This document shows positions 9,972 to 19,467 of a stretch of DNA of 64,000 nucleotides, piece by piece (within the stretch, counting starts at the first letter, position 1; each line of letters opens with the position of its first letter). This DNA comes from a virus (lineage: Duplodnaviria > Caudoviricetes). The notes under the pieces were generated by a model. That model saw only the letters and a program-made list of their open reading frames with translations. It had not been told where the DNA came from and made no database searches. The translations under genes and the position numbers were made by a program. The DNA lies in the IMG/VR virus record IMGVR_UViG_3300029288_000006, positions 28,275 through 92,274 of that record; one strand, 5' to 3'.

Positions 9972-10478
9972 TTATCCTGACATCGCGGTTACAAACTCTT
10001 CTTCTAACTCCTTTGCCATCGCTAACTTTTTAGTATCTGCCGCACCGTTATTAATCATACTCTTTCTTAGCTTATCAAATATACCATTCAACTCTATGAT
10101 TCTTTCCATCCTATATATAGTCATTAACTTACTGTGCAACTCTCTCAACTCATTGACATCTTCAACCTTATCTGGAACTTTTTCTTCCAATAATTGTGTC
10201 ATTATATATAGACCAACCCTGAATATTACTCTATTAAAATCACTTCTGGTTTTGAACATTCCCTTCGGGGCAATCTCATGCAACTTCTCTATTATATCTA
10301 CTTCATGCGGATTTTCCCTGAATGTTATTGGGACAGAATGCCCATGCTCATCACTAACATCAGACCCGGAACCTTTCCATAATCCACGAGCAGATGAACG
10401 AGCACCGGACAGGGTAAATATTCTCATTACCCCATCCATTAAATTTTCCCATATTTTAATTTCTTCCTCTGTAAGCAA
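9972..10478 (-). CDS. putative ribbon-helix-helix DNA-binding protein
   Basis: VPITFR..DIIEKL..KTRSDFNRVIFR resembles RHH; TTG start with GGGGGAGG RBS. Confidence 0.45.
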   Translation of the reverse strand: MLTEEEIKIWENLMDGVMRIFTLSGARSSARGLWKGSGSDVSDEHGHSVPITFRENPHEVDIIEKLHEIAPKGMFKTRSDFNRVIFRVGLYIMTQLLEEKVPDKVEDVNELRELHSKLMTIYRMERIIELNGIFDKLRKSMINNGAADTKKLAMAKELEEEFVTAMSG

Positions 10479-10546
10479 ATGAATAAACCTCCCCCGCTAT
10501 GAATTATATAACTAAAAATTCATAAGAAACACTATAAAAATTCTAC

Positions 10547-10582
10547 AATAAATCCCAAATAAATTCCAAATAAATCCCGAAT
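10547..10582. repeat. three tandem ~11-bp repeats (AAATAAATCCC-like)
   Basis: aataaatccc aaataaattcc aaataaatccc, read directly from the sequence. Confidence 0.7.
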
Positions 10583-10603
10583 CAATCTAGTTGTATAACT
10601 ATA

Positions 10604-10632
10604 AATATAATACATGAACGAATTTTTAGCAA
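10604..10632 (-). promoter_or_regulatory. sigma70-type promoter
   Basis: TTGCTA-17-TATATT on the minus strand. Confidence 0.55.
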
Positions 10633-10976
10633 GAGAAATTTGTAACAGAACATGATTTATTTTATTGCTACATAATGAGTTAGATATAATATTAGACTAT
10701 AGAAATAGATGGAAAATAGTTGAAAATAATTTAAGTTTTATTCTTGAGAATGTTATTGTGTATTTTCTCCAACAAATAACCAATCTCATTTAGTATACTA
10801 GCACACACAAAAATACCAAAACAAACGATACTTTCAAATGATGGGAAATTGAATTGGAATAAACATATTATCGCTGCTATCATACATGCGATGTCAGATA
10901 TTAAAAATAACATAATATTATTTCTCCTTCATTATCCTAATTAATTTTGTAACTTCCATTTAACTTCTCCTCATGT

Positions 10977-11450
10977 TCAATAATCAAGTGGGAAACACAC
11001 ATTATATTCTTGTTCCAATAATTCTACGAGACATACTATTATAGCTATTCTCAAATACCCCCCTATAGTATTTGAGAAATATCCGAAATCTTTATTATGA
11101 GCATTAAAAACCTCATATAAATATTGGTTCATTCTCGAAGATAATTTTCTCTCAAAATTTTGATCAATACAAAAGTGTTTATCTAATATACCATCTCCTT
11201 TAAGTTGTTCTATTTCTGAATTAAATCTATTCCTCAAAACTCCGAGATAATCCAAATCTATTCCGTAACGTTCATTGGGTTTACATTCTTCAAATAATCC
11301 CGAATCATAACTCCAATTATTTGGAGATCGCATACGATAACACTTTTGACATAATTCACAATACATGGAATCATTGGCATTACCATTAACCATTTTATGT
11401 GATGGATGGATTCCCCTGTATTTTCCATCAATAGTTAATATATTAACCAT
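10977..11450 (-). CDS. hypothetical protein (CxxCxxC)
   Basis: Co-oriented ORF with GGAG RBS. Confidence 0.55.
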   Translation of the reverse strand: MVNILTIDGKYRGIHPSHKMVNGNANDSMYCELCQKCYRMRSPNNWSYDSGLFEECKPNERYGIDLDYLGVLRNRFNSEIEQLKGDGILDKHFCIDQNFERKLSSRMNQYLYEVFNAHNKDFGYFSNTIGGYLRIAIIVCLVELLEQEYNVCFPLDY

Positions 11451-11464
11451 AAGAATATATCTCC

Positions 11465-11725
11465 TTACACATAAATCATTCCTATTTCAGTTCTAATAGG
11501 ATAAACCTCCGCATCTTTTAATTCATCTGTTTCCCATAAATCTTTTGCTGTAACATTTAATATGTGACTCCATACATACATTACTCTATGCGGTGGGATA
11601 ATATCTCCGCGCAAAATTTTGCATACATCTTCATATCTCATACCAACTTCTCGCGCGAATGATTTTATACTACCATAATGTATAATTATTTCACCCCGCA
11701 ACCGGTTCTTTGGTATCTTCAGCAT
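11465..11725 (-). CDS. XRE/Cro-like HTH transcriptional regulator
   Basis: SIKSFAREVGM..VCKILRG..P..L.V..DLW pattern. Confidence 0.75.
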   Translation of the reverse strand: MLKIPKNRLRGEIIIHYGSIKSFAREVGMRYEDVCKILRGDIIPPHRVMYVWSHILNVTAKDLWETDELKDAEVYPIRTEIGMIYV

Positions 11726-12371
11726 TTTTAACTTCTACTTTCGAGTCAAGATTAATTGATTGTTGTTCACCAACAGTATCTACGAATTTCTCTGCAATTT
11801 GATTTGTAACATCTATTGGTTTATTATTAGTATCAGCATTGGTATCAATCGGATTACTAACATCTTCACAATAATATTCCAACATTAATATATCATTGAT
11901 TTTCTTTATGGAATCTATGTTACCATTAATTGCAGCAAGAAAACTATTGGAATCCAATATCTTATAGAACACATCACACACTGAAGTTCCAAAGGATTTT
12001 TCTAATTGACTTAGATCATAACCCAAACTTATAATAGATGAATTTCTTGCCGCCAATAATATTTTACATGTATTAAATATATTTGTTAAATATTTTTTCT
12101 GATCAAGCGGTATGATAGAATAGACAATATTGTGATTAGCATATCGTTCTATTTGATCCGATACATCTTCCGATAGGAATATACCACCCAAAAATTCCAA
12201 GAAATCTCGTATTAAATAATCTATACCATCAAAGATAGATTGGGCAAAAAATGAAGTGTATTCTTCGGATGTATATATATCTGTATCATCTACGGTAATG
12301 GGAATACGGTTTATTTTCTTAACATCTTTTTCTTTATTTATTTTCCCCATGTTTTTATTCCTCCATATCAC
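11691..12371 (-). CDS. hypothetical protein
   Basis: Long co-oriented ORF. Confidence 0.6.
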   Translation of the reverse strand: MIWRNKNMGKINKEKDVKKINRIPITVDDTDIYTSEEYTSFFAQSIFDGIDYLIRDFLEFLGGIFLSEDVSDQIERYANHNIVYSIIPLDQKKYLTNIFNTCKILLAARNSSIISLGYDLSQLEKSFGTSVCDVFYKILDSNSFLAAINGNIDSIKKINDILMLEYYCEDVSNPIDTNADTNNKPIDVTNQIAEKFVDTVGEQQSINLDSKVEVKNAEDTKEPVAG

Positions 12372-12549
12372 TTTCTGTGAGTAGTTCTTTCATAATATCA
12401 CTATTCAATTTAACATCATCATCATGCATACCAGTAATACCCTTAAGAAATGTTACATATCCACAATATATACACACAATCTCTTTACTCGGATTTAATT
12501 TAATATCTTTCCATAGTGTAACCTTCTTACCGCATTTATCGCATTCCAT
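12355..12549 (-). CDS. small zinc-ribbon protein
   Basis: CDKC...CIYC. Confidence 0.55.
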   Translation of the reverse strand: MECDKCGKKVTLWKDIKLNPSKEIVCIYCGYVTFLKGITGMHDDDVKLNSDIMKELLTESDMEE

Positions 12550-12570
12550 AATTATTTCTCTCCTTATTTA

Positions 12571-13545
12571 TTATTCCATAGTACCATGAAATCGCTGAAC
12601 ACTATCATGTACATTATCCTGATGTACAATATTTTTACCCAAACCAATGTTATATCTTTTATATTGAGGATGGTTACTCGGATATACCGAAACCCATGAA
12701 TGACCACAATGATTACATTTCCATACAACATAATCGAAATAGGAATTCGATATTTTCTTATCAGCAATACCAAATGAATGCGTTGATAAATTACATCCGG
12801 GACAAACACCCCTCTCCATCCCATGTAAAGTCTTATACTGTTCTATGTGGGAAGTTAATGTATATGATAGTCTACCGGACGAATAACCATTATAGCTGTA
12901 ACTATCCCAAGAATTTTCACCTCTATATCCGTTCATGCTACTCCAGTCATACCCAATACTCTTCACACTCTTATACAAACTATTACTAAAATACGAATCT
13001 CCATCCTTTTCAAAATCACCTATCATAGAACACTTACCATGATGATCCATTATAACAAATTTTGAATGAGTCATAGCTATTAATTCGGTTACCGTCTTAT
13101 CAAATATCAATCCTTTTCTGGCTAATGGGTATAATATGTCTATAATAAAACACTGTGTGTCTGATAACTTTTTATTACCAGAACTTACTATACCATTATG
13201 AGCTACACCATAATCACAAGATACGTTCCCATGATTTAGCAGATGTACATTATCTGTTATGGGAAACGGGTGACATTTGCTCTCGGAAATACCACCACTA
13301 GTAGCTATTCTAAAATGAGCTACAAACGGGGTATTTAATGTACCATCTGAATCACATATAATATTTCTTACATTATCTAATCTTTTTTCAAATGCATTGA
13401 ATTTCATGAATCCTTTTTGTACTATCACTCTATCCCTAAACGGATACATGAATCCACATCCGTTTGAGTTTCTATCAAAACAACTCCTGAACGTATCTAT
13501 ACTTGGTAATTTTGCACCATGTGGACTATAAACTATTACACACAT
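12571..13545 (-). CDS. class II (Ntn) glutamine amidotransferase with C-terminal Zn ribbon
   Basis: N-terminal Cys (MCVI), NxxGxG, HFRIATSG, CHPF, HNG, SDT; CPGC/CNHC at the C-terminus. Confidence 0.9.
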   Translation of the reverse strand: MCVIVYSPHGAKLPSIDTFRSCFDRNSNGCGFMYPFRDRVIVQKGFMKFNAFEKRLDNVRNIICDSDGTLNTPFVAHFRIATSGGISESKCHPFPITDNVHLLNHGNVSCDYGVAHNGIVSSGNKKLSDTQCFIIDILYPLARKGLIFDKTVTELIAMTHSKFVIMDHHGKCSMIGDFEKDGDSYFSNSLYKSVKSIGYDWSSMNGYRGENSWDSYSYNGYSSGRLSYTLTSHIEQYKTLHGMERGVCPGCNLSTHSFGIADKKISNSYFDYVVWKCNHCGHSWVSVYPSNHPQYKRYNIGLGKNIVHQDNVHDSVQRFHGTME

Positions 13546-13569
13546 TAATAATTTACCCTCCTCCCTGAT

Positions 13570-14667
13570 TTATGCCCCGATTATTCTTATAGCTCTTTCA
13601 ATTTGTTTTTTATATAGCTCATACATCTTTACATCAAACAATCCATGAATATCCATGTACCTTATTAAATATATATATCTCCAGGAATTAGAAAGAATAT
13701 ATTCACACAGTTCATTCCATACTAATTTTTCATCCATTGAATTAATAGTCTTAAAAAATACCAGATTTGAACCTTGCTTAATATAATTTGAAACAGCATC
13801 GCACATTTCAAAAGTAGCTAATACAGTTTTATATTTCAAAGAACCCCTGAATGATCGTATCTCTATTGTATTTGGGGTTACATTGGTAGATACATATTTC
13901 CCACCGATAGTTGGTTCACGTAACATATATAGTTTTGGTTTATATCTCATCCTATTAACATTAACAAATTGGGCATATGTACAATCATACCTTCTGGAAA
14001 ATATAGACATTTGACCTTTTAACAAATTAAACATATTAACAAATTTATGCATATCAATCGTACTAAAAAACAATTTATTAAGATGTATATGCAATCCACA
14101 ACATTTACCATCATGACTTACAAAACCACATCTTATAATATCCCCCAACAATTCACGCATGGGGAATTCTCTATGATAATATTCCAATGTACATGGATTG
14201 AATATCATCTCAAATCCAGAACATGTTCCATCGTGTTTGAAATATATTTTATTCCCATTGTTTGAATATTTTTTATATAAGACATTTACCGCATCTTCAA
14301 CAGAACATATATTATGATTCTTACAAAATGGACTTTCCCTGACTCTTGAAGTAGAATCTGTTTCTATTTCTGCCCCCATATACAATAAATTTGATGAAGA
14401 TTTATCACCAACTCTATCTAAATGAGTATCATAGAAACTGGGTCGAGGTTTATATGAATGATTATTTATACCATTCATCGCTCTTTCTGGTTTATTATTC
14501 CTGATAACACATTCGGGACAAATTGATCGGCCCCTATTGGAAATAAAATATTTACCACAGGTAGTACATTTTGCTCCCAATATAAGCAAACATGATGAAC
14601 AATAATTCACTCCATTTACCATAGTTATATTACTTTTTTCTTTACCACATATAAAACATTTTGCCAT
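13570..14667 (-). CDS. putative amidoligase (COOH-NH2 ligase superfamily) with N-terminal Cys clusters
   Basis: GAEIE, KHDG, GFEM, CGLHIH, TIEIRSF; adjacent to the GAT-II gene. Confidence 0.85.
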   Translation of the reverse strand: MAKCFICGKEKSNITMVNGVNYCSSCLLILGAKCTTCGKYFISNRGRSICPECVIRNNKPERAMNGINNHSYKPRPSFYDTHLDRVGDKSSSNLLYMGAEIETDSTSRVRESPFCKNHNICSVEDAVNVLYKKYSNNGNKIYFKHDGTCSGFEMIFNPCTLEYYHREFPMRELLGDIIRCGFVSHDGKCCGLHIHLNKLFFSTIDMHKFVNMFNLLKGQMSIFSRRYDCTYAQFVNVNRMRYKPKLYMLREPTIGGKYVSTNVTPNTIEIRSFRGSLKYKTVLATFEMCDAVSNYIKQGSNLVFFKTINSMDEKLVWNELCEYILSNSWRYIYLIRYMDIHGLFDVKMYELYKKQIERAIRIIGA

Positions 14668-14680
14668 TAAAATAAACTCC

Positions 14681-15058
14681 TTATGATTTGGTTAGATTGT
14701 AGTTTTCATATATATTACCAATGAGTTTGATACCATCCATAACTATGGGGAACGGGAACCTTTCATCACAATCATATAACATAATAAAAGAATTGGTTAG
14801 TTTATTATATGCTATCAGATAAATATCATTGGTATGCATATCCAAAAGCAAATCGTTACAGTAAAGATACAACCCATTTAAAGTTTCAAAACCTATATCA
14901 AAAGAACCCGGTAAACAAGTTATATAGTCTGGATGATCCGTCCATAACATATTTCTATCTCTATCCTTATATATTTTTACTATTAATGCATCAGAATCTA
15001 TTGTAGAATATCCCCAAATCTTATTCTCTCTTATTATTCTAAATCTAATTTCTTTCAT
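14681..15058 (-). CDS. YopX-like phage protein
   Basis: MKEIRFR N-terminus and IGNIYEN C-terminus. Confidence 0.65.
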   Translation of the reverse strand: MKEIRFRIIRENKIWGYSTIDSDALIVKIYKDRDRNMLWTDHPDYITCLPGSFDIGFETLNGLYLYCNDLLLDMHTNDIYLIAYNKLTNSFIMLYDCDERFPFPIVMDGIKLIGNIYENYNLTKS

Positions 15059-15257
15059 GATATTCCTTCCGCATAATCAATCCAAAGTTCTATACTCCAG
15101 AATAACCATGATAAAGAATAACATGCACTATGATTATACCAATTTTGGGTTTTATCATAAAAAGAAAATAATTCAAATGATATTGTTGGAATAAATACAA
15201 ATAAAATAACTATATGGTCATCATCACCATCCGAATACCCATTTCTACATTTTATTT

Positions 15258-15608
15258 TTACATGTAACTCTCTCCCCATTTTCTCAACTCCCTGTTAATT
15301 TGTTTTAACTTCTTTTTATTTCCAATAAACTTGTAAAATATTTCTTTCTTATGTGTTACAATATCTTCGGAGATTTTATTCCCGGATTTTTTTATTTTCT
15401 TATGAACATTACACACAGTTACAACAGTATTTTTAGCAACATCAAATACCCATCGTCTATTTTTATATTCATATACAACGGTATTCCTAACATCATCAAA
15501 CTTAATGAAGTTACCCATCAATCTTGCATCAGTAGCTTCATCCCTGATATTATTTATACCATTAAATCTTTCATACGCTCTATTAATTGCATGTCTCATT
15601 ATGTTCAT
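15258..15608 (-). CDS. hypothetical protein (HA..RA.ERF motif, possibly RelE/DUF4258-like fold)
   Basis: Motif resemblance only. Confidence 0.4.
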   Translation of the reverse strand: MNIMRHAINRAYERFNGINNIRDEATDARLMGNFIKFDDVRNTVVYEYKNRRWVFDVAKNTVVTVCNVHKKIKKSGNKISEDIVTHKKEIFYKFIGNKKKLKQINRELRKWGESYM

Positions 15609-15789
15609 GGCGAATTTACCTTAACTTTATTTGTAATCATATTTAATCTCTGTTTGCTTCTCCATTCAGGAGGTGAACTTTTATGAACAAAATAAATACA
15701 GTTACCAGATTCACTCGGAACTATTTTATGATCACACTCATGTTCTAAATCACAACTAGAACATGAAAATTTAAGTTTAACTACATTAC

Positions 15790-16086
15790 TCATAAGATAA
15801 TTTCTCCCACTTCATTATTATATTCTTCTATAGTTTTAATCACTTTATAAATATAATTAGCTGATACATGGAACTGCCGGTCATCCATATCAGTGTCAGA
15901 ACCCCTGACAAATAGTTCATCACTATCTTCACATATATCGGGAAATGAAAAACTACATAAGGAAACTCCATTAGATGCATGAAAATAATCATTGCCCCGG
16001 TAGAAATCACAGCATCTTGAATCCTGATGAGTAATAAAAAAAAGTAATACATCACAATCAACTTGTATAATCTTATATTTTATCAT
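15790..16086 (-). CDS. MI[KR]Y tandem-array paralog 8
   Basis: MIKY..Q, ITHQ, FHASNG, LFVRG, IEEYN. Confidence 0.85.
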   Translation of the reverse strand: MIKYKIIQVDCDVLLFFITHQDSRCCDFYRGNDYFHASNGVSLCSFSFPDICEDSDELFVRGSDTDMDDRQFHVSANYIYKVIKTIEEYNNEVGEIIL

Positions 16087-16472
16087 AATCCCACGCGATA
16101 CTTTATATGTTCATTATACTCATCAATCGCACTAACTATTTTATAAATATAAGAAATGGATATTGTCATAATACAATTATCCATTCCCTTATTCGATCCC
16201 ATTGTATATAACGTATTATATTCTATATCAAAATCTGGATGTGAACAACTAATCAATTGCAATCCATTAGACGCTGTAAAGCGATCATGAAAAATATTAG
16301 ACTTACAATAAAAACTAGACCCCCTAAAATCTTGATGGGTAATAACAAAAATAATTTTATCTTTACTATCTATATCGTGTTTCTGACGAGTAGAAAGAGC
16401 ATCAACATTCCGCTCCAATAAACCCACAATATACTGATCCTTATATGATTGGAATATCCTATATCTAATCAT
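16083..16472 (-). CDS. MI[KR]Y tandem-array paralog 7 (about 25-aa insertion)
   Basis: MIRY..Q, ITHQ, FTASNG, LYTMG, IDEYN. Confidence 0.85.
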   Translation of the reverse strand: MIRYRIFQSYKDQYIVGLLERNVDALSTRQKHDIDSKDKIIFVITHQDFRGSSFYCKSNIFHDRFTASNGLQLISCSHPDFDIEYNTLYTMGSNKGMDNCIMTISISYIYKIVSAIDEYNEHIKYRVGL

Positions 16473-16724
16473 TTATGAAATCATCCTATCTATTGTACTT
16501 TTATTATACTCTTCAATTGCGTTGATCACTGTATTTATCTGATCAATGCTTATATTTAACCAGTCAAAATATTTGTTATCTAATCCATTGGATGCGATAA
16601 ATGAACTGTGATAATATCCTGAACTGTCTTTAAAAAATTCTCCACGTATAAAGTATTGTTCGGTAATTTGGAATTTTACATATTGATTGGATGAAATAAA
16701 CTGAATTATTTTATACTTAATCAT
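16473..16724 (-). CDS. MI[KR]Y tandem-array paralog 6 (internally deleted)
   Basis: MIKY, ITEQ, FIASNG, IEEYN; lacks the S...P/LYxRG block. Confidence 0.8.
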   Translation of the reverse strand: MIKYKIIQFISSNQYVKFQITEQYFIRGEFFKDSSGYYHSSFIASNGLDNKYFDWLNISIDQINTVINAIEEYNKSTIDRMIS

Positions 16725-17020
16725 ACATCTCTCACCTTATCATTATATTCATTAATCGCATTTATTACGGAATATATATGAATAATAGGAATAATTATCA
16801 TATAATTATATTTATCCACCTGTCTACCTCTCGTAAATAATATACGATGACCACTAGAACTCCATGATGGGTATGCTTCACTAGCTAAAATCATTCCGTC
16901 TGATGCACGAAATTCGCTCATACCATGATAAAAATTATAACAAACATCATCTTGATATGTGATAGTCATGTATATACAATGTGGAAAAGCTAAATCCTGA
17001 GTTATTTTATATCTTATCAT
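16721..17020 (-). CDS. MI[KR]Y tandem-array paralog 5
   Basis: MIRY, ITYQ, FRASDG, LFTRG, INEYN. Confidence 0.85.
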   Translation of the reverse strand: MIRYKITQDLAFPHCIYMTITYQDDVCYNFYHGMSEFRASDGMILASEAYPSWSSSGHRILFTRGRQVDKYNYMIIIPIIHIYSVINAINEYNDKVRDV

Positions 17021-17023
17021 ATA

Positions 17024-17299
17024 TCATTCCATCTCATTTAATAAATTTAATGTTGTAAGAACTCTGTAAATACATCCTATTGGTACTACCAGTGGACTAT
17101 GATTGAGATGATAATTGTTTCCCCTAATATATAATATACCAGCACCGGGTTGCAACTCTGGATGGTCTACAGAATAAACATAAAAATCCCCAACTCTACT
17201 GCCATTTAGTTTATATAATTCTTTCGACTGGTAGGTTATTTCTATATGAATAGTCTTAGAACTAATCTGTGTAACCCCATATCTGATCATAATTATCAC
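17024..17299 (-). CDS. MI[KR]Y tandem-array paralog 4
   Basis: MIRY, ITYQ, YS..HP, LYIRG, VPI..IYRV. Confidence 0.8.
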   Translation of the reverse strand: MIIMIRYGVTQISSKTIHIEITYQSKELYKLNGSRVGDFYVYSVDHPELQPGAGILYIRGNNYHLNHSPLVVPIGCIYRVLTTLNLLNEME

Positions 17300-17604
17300 T
17301 CCAAATTGCTAAAATTATTTAGGGATTCAAGCGCACAAATTACTCTATATATGAATTGTATTGGTATTCTTATATTAGTATGATCCATAGATTTATCCGA
17401 ACCGCTCAAGAATAATTTTATAACCTCTCCAATAATTGTGGAATAACTTATGAATGATGGATATTGTACTGAATATATAAATACACCATTTAATTCTTGT
17501 CCATAGTTGCCACATAGATTATATAAGTCATAAGATTGTTCGGTAATCTGCAACCATACTGCACTTTTGTTTGGGGATTTTTGTCTTATAATATATTTTA
17601 TCAT
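17296..17604 (-). CDS. MI[KR]Y tandem-array paralog 3
   Basis: MIKY, ITEQ, LNG..YS..YP, LFLSG, IPI..IYRV. Confidence 0.8.
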   Translation of the reverse strand: MIKYIIRQKSPNKSAVWLQITEQSYDLYNLCGNYGQELNGVFIYSVQYPSFISYSTIIGEVIKLFLSGSDKSMDHTNIRIPIQFIYRVICALESLNNFSNLE

Positions 17605-17903
17605 AAACTATTAACCCTAATATTATTATACTCTTCAATTGCATTTATTATACCATTAATATAAATAACAGGGATACGAATTATATAATCATCTTTACTC
17701 CAATCTATCCCCCGCACATACAATATTGGTGCTACGAGTGATGAATCATGTGCCGGGTATGATTCGCTTGTCAGGTAAACTCCATTAGAAGCATGAAATA
17801 CACGGCCATAATAAAAATCAATTCCCCTATAAGACTGATGTGTGATCATGAAACATATATAATTATCAAACTTAGAGTCCTGTGTTATCCTATACTTAAT
17901 CAT
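17601..17903 (-). CDS. MI[KR]Y tandem-array paralog 2
   Basis: MIKY, ITHQ, FHASNG, LYVRG, IEEYN. Confidence 0.85.
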   Translation of the reverse strand: MIKYRITQDSKFDNYICFMITHQSYRGIDFYYGRVFHASNGVYLTSESYPAHDSSLVAPILYVRGIDWSKDDYIIRIPVIYINGIINAIEEYNNIRVNSL

Positions 17904-17906
17904 ATG

Positions 17907-18203
17907 TCATCCGATCTCACAATTATATTCATCAATTGCGAAAATCACATTATATATATATACGATTGGGATGCGTAATCTATAATTATTTTTATCAAAT
18001 GCATTTCCCCTTACATATAATGTATTATGGGAATATATACTAAATTCAGGGTACATTTCACTTGCTAATTCAAATCCATTTGATGCAGTAAATGTACGGC
18101 TACTACCATCTATCCCAAAATATATACCAATTTTATCTTGGCGTGTAACAGTAAAATTTATATAACTAGAACCAGAACTTTGTTTTATACTATACTTAAT
18201 CAT
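17907..18203 (-). CDS. MI[KR]Y tandem-array paralog 1
   Basis: MIKY, VTRQ, FTASNG, LYVRG, IDEYN. Confidence 0.85.
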   Translation of the reverse strand: MIKYSIKQSSGSSYINFTVTRQDKIGIYFGIDGSSRTFTASNGFELASEMYPEFSIYSHNTLYVRGNAFDKNNYRLRIPIVYIYNVIFAIDEYNCEIG

Positions 18204-18245
18204 AATATACCTATCCTATTGCTTCGATTGGTTAGTTGTATTAAA

Positions 18246-18551
18246 TTAATCATTGTTACCAAAATTATATAAATTATACATAAGTATCAATTGTTTTGTA
18301 TCCACCCTATGAGCGCCAAACTCCTCGGCTAATTGTACCTTACCTTTCATTAGATCATAATGATGTATCCTGTGATCTTGAGACCATTCGCGTTTTAAGC
18401 CAATAAGTTTGGCAAAAGAATGTAATTCCTCATCCGAATTGGCAACTAGATGTTTCCCATCAGTATAAACGGCCATTATCTTACCCCTACCGTATCTAGA
18501 GTACCGACATAAAGTGTATCTTGTGCTCCGATAATATTTGTTGTCACCCAT
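18246..18551 (-). CDS. DUF4031-like protein (true start probably at MAVYTD)
   Basis: VYTD..HLVA..ELHSFA..IGLKREW.Q..HYDL. Confidence 0.75.
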   Translation of the reverse strand: MGDNKYYRSTRYTLCRYSRYGRGKIMAVYTDGKHLVANSDEELHSFAKLIGLKREWSQDHRIHHYDLMKGKVQLAEEFGAHRVDTKQLILMYNLYNFGNND

Positions 18552-18754
18552 CTATACTGGCTCATACCATCCGATCTTTCAATCTCTCTTTGCATGATTT
18601 CTCCCCGCTTCCTTACCAGTTCCATTTGTTCTCGCGTGACCTTCCATTTTTCTTCTTCCGCGCTATAATCATACTGATACCACAATATTGAAATCCACAA
18701 TACAATTATCACAGAAATTACAGCGGGTATAATCCAATCTCTTTCACCTGACAT
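18476..18754 (-). CDS. small membrane-anchored protein
   Basis: N-terminal hydrophobic helix; GAGG RBS. Confidence 0.55.
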   Translation of the reverse strand: MSGERDWIIPAVISVIIVLWISILWYQYDYSAEEEKWKVTREQMELVRKRGEIMQREIERSDGMSQYRWVTTNIIGAQDTLYVGTLDTVGVR

Positions 18755-18966
18755 ATCATTTTCCTCTCTTACGCACTCCTTACCATATCCTGAGTTGAAA
18801 TATGAACCTAAAGGGGAACAATATTATTCCCATGAGTGTTGGCTGTTGTGATGTATGGTCGAACGGGCCAATACCTATATATGCAGCACTGGCAACGACC
18901 CATAGAACTACACAGCATATTAAATAAATGCCAATTCCTATGATTGCTTTCTTAATGACTTCCATC

Positions 18967-19467
18967 TCACTTTCCTTCCTTTTCGAGTTCGGCGCGGGCT
19001 TGGGTGATATATTCCATATCCCACATAAATGTACGACCACTGGCTTCATTCGCTTTTCTTAAAGCAGCCTTTAATACAAGTTCGAAGTGTTGAGATTGGT
19101 TGTGTTTCTCAACCGCCTCATCCCGCTCGGCTTCCATTAACCCAAGTTTGCGACCTATTGTTCCAATTTCGCGTATTGTCTCATCACGCTCAGCCCGAAG
19201 TCTTACAATGATCGCCCCTGCATCTTCAACAGCCTTATCTGTTCCGTGCTTGCCCTGATAGTGACCACCGTCTCTGTGTATGTTGGCGAGGAGTTCACCC
19301 AAGTGAAGTTCCGCTTTCTTTGCGCGCTCGGTCTGCGCACTACACTCAGATTCGATGGTCTCGATGGTGGTACGGAGCCGATCAACGCACCCATCAATCT
19401 CGTCGGGATGTGCAATATGACCGATAAAATGTTCTATGATCTCAAACTCATTCATCAGCTCGCTCAT
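18967..19467 (-). CDS. coiled-coil phage protein (IHRDGGHY motif)
   Basis: Coupled to the MazG-like gene; motif recurrent in phage hypothetical proteins. Confidence 0.6.
   Translation of the reverse strand: MSELMNEFEIIEHFIGHIAHPDEIDGCVDRLRTTIETIESECSAQTERAKKAELHLGELLANIHRDGGHYQGKHGTDKAVEDAGAIIVRLRAERDETIREIGTIGRKLGLMEAERDEAVEKHNQSQHFELVLKAALRKANEASGRTFMWDMEYITQARAELEKEGK

Noticed and set aside
15790-18203. Diversity-generating retroelement or shufflon behind the paralog array
   Set aside because: No reverse transcriptase or invertase in the window, no near-identical TR/VR pair with adenine-specific differences, and the copies are diverged throughout.
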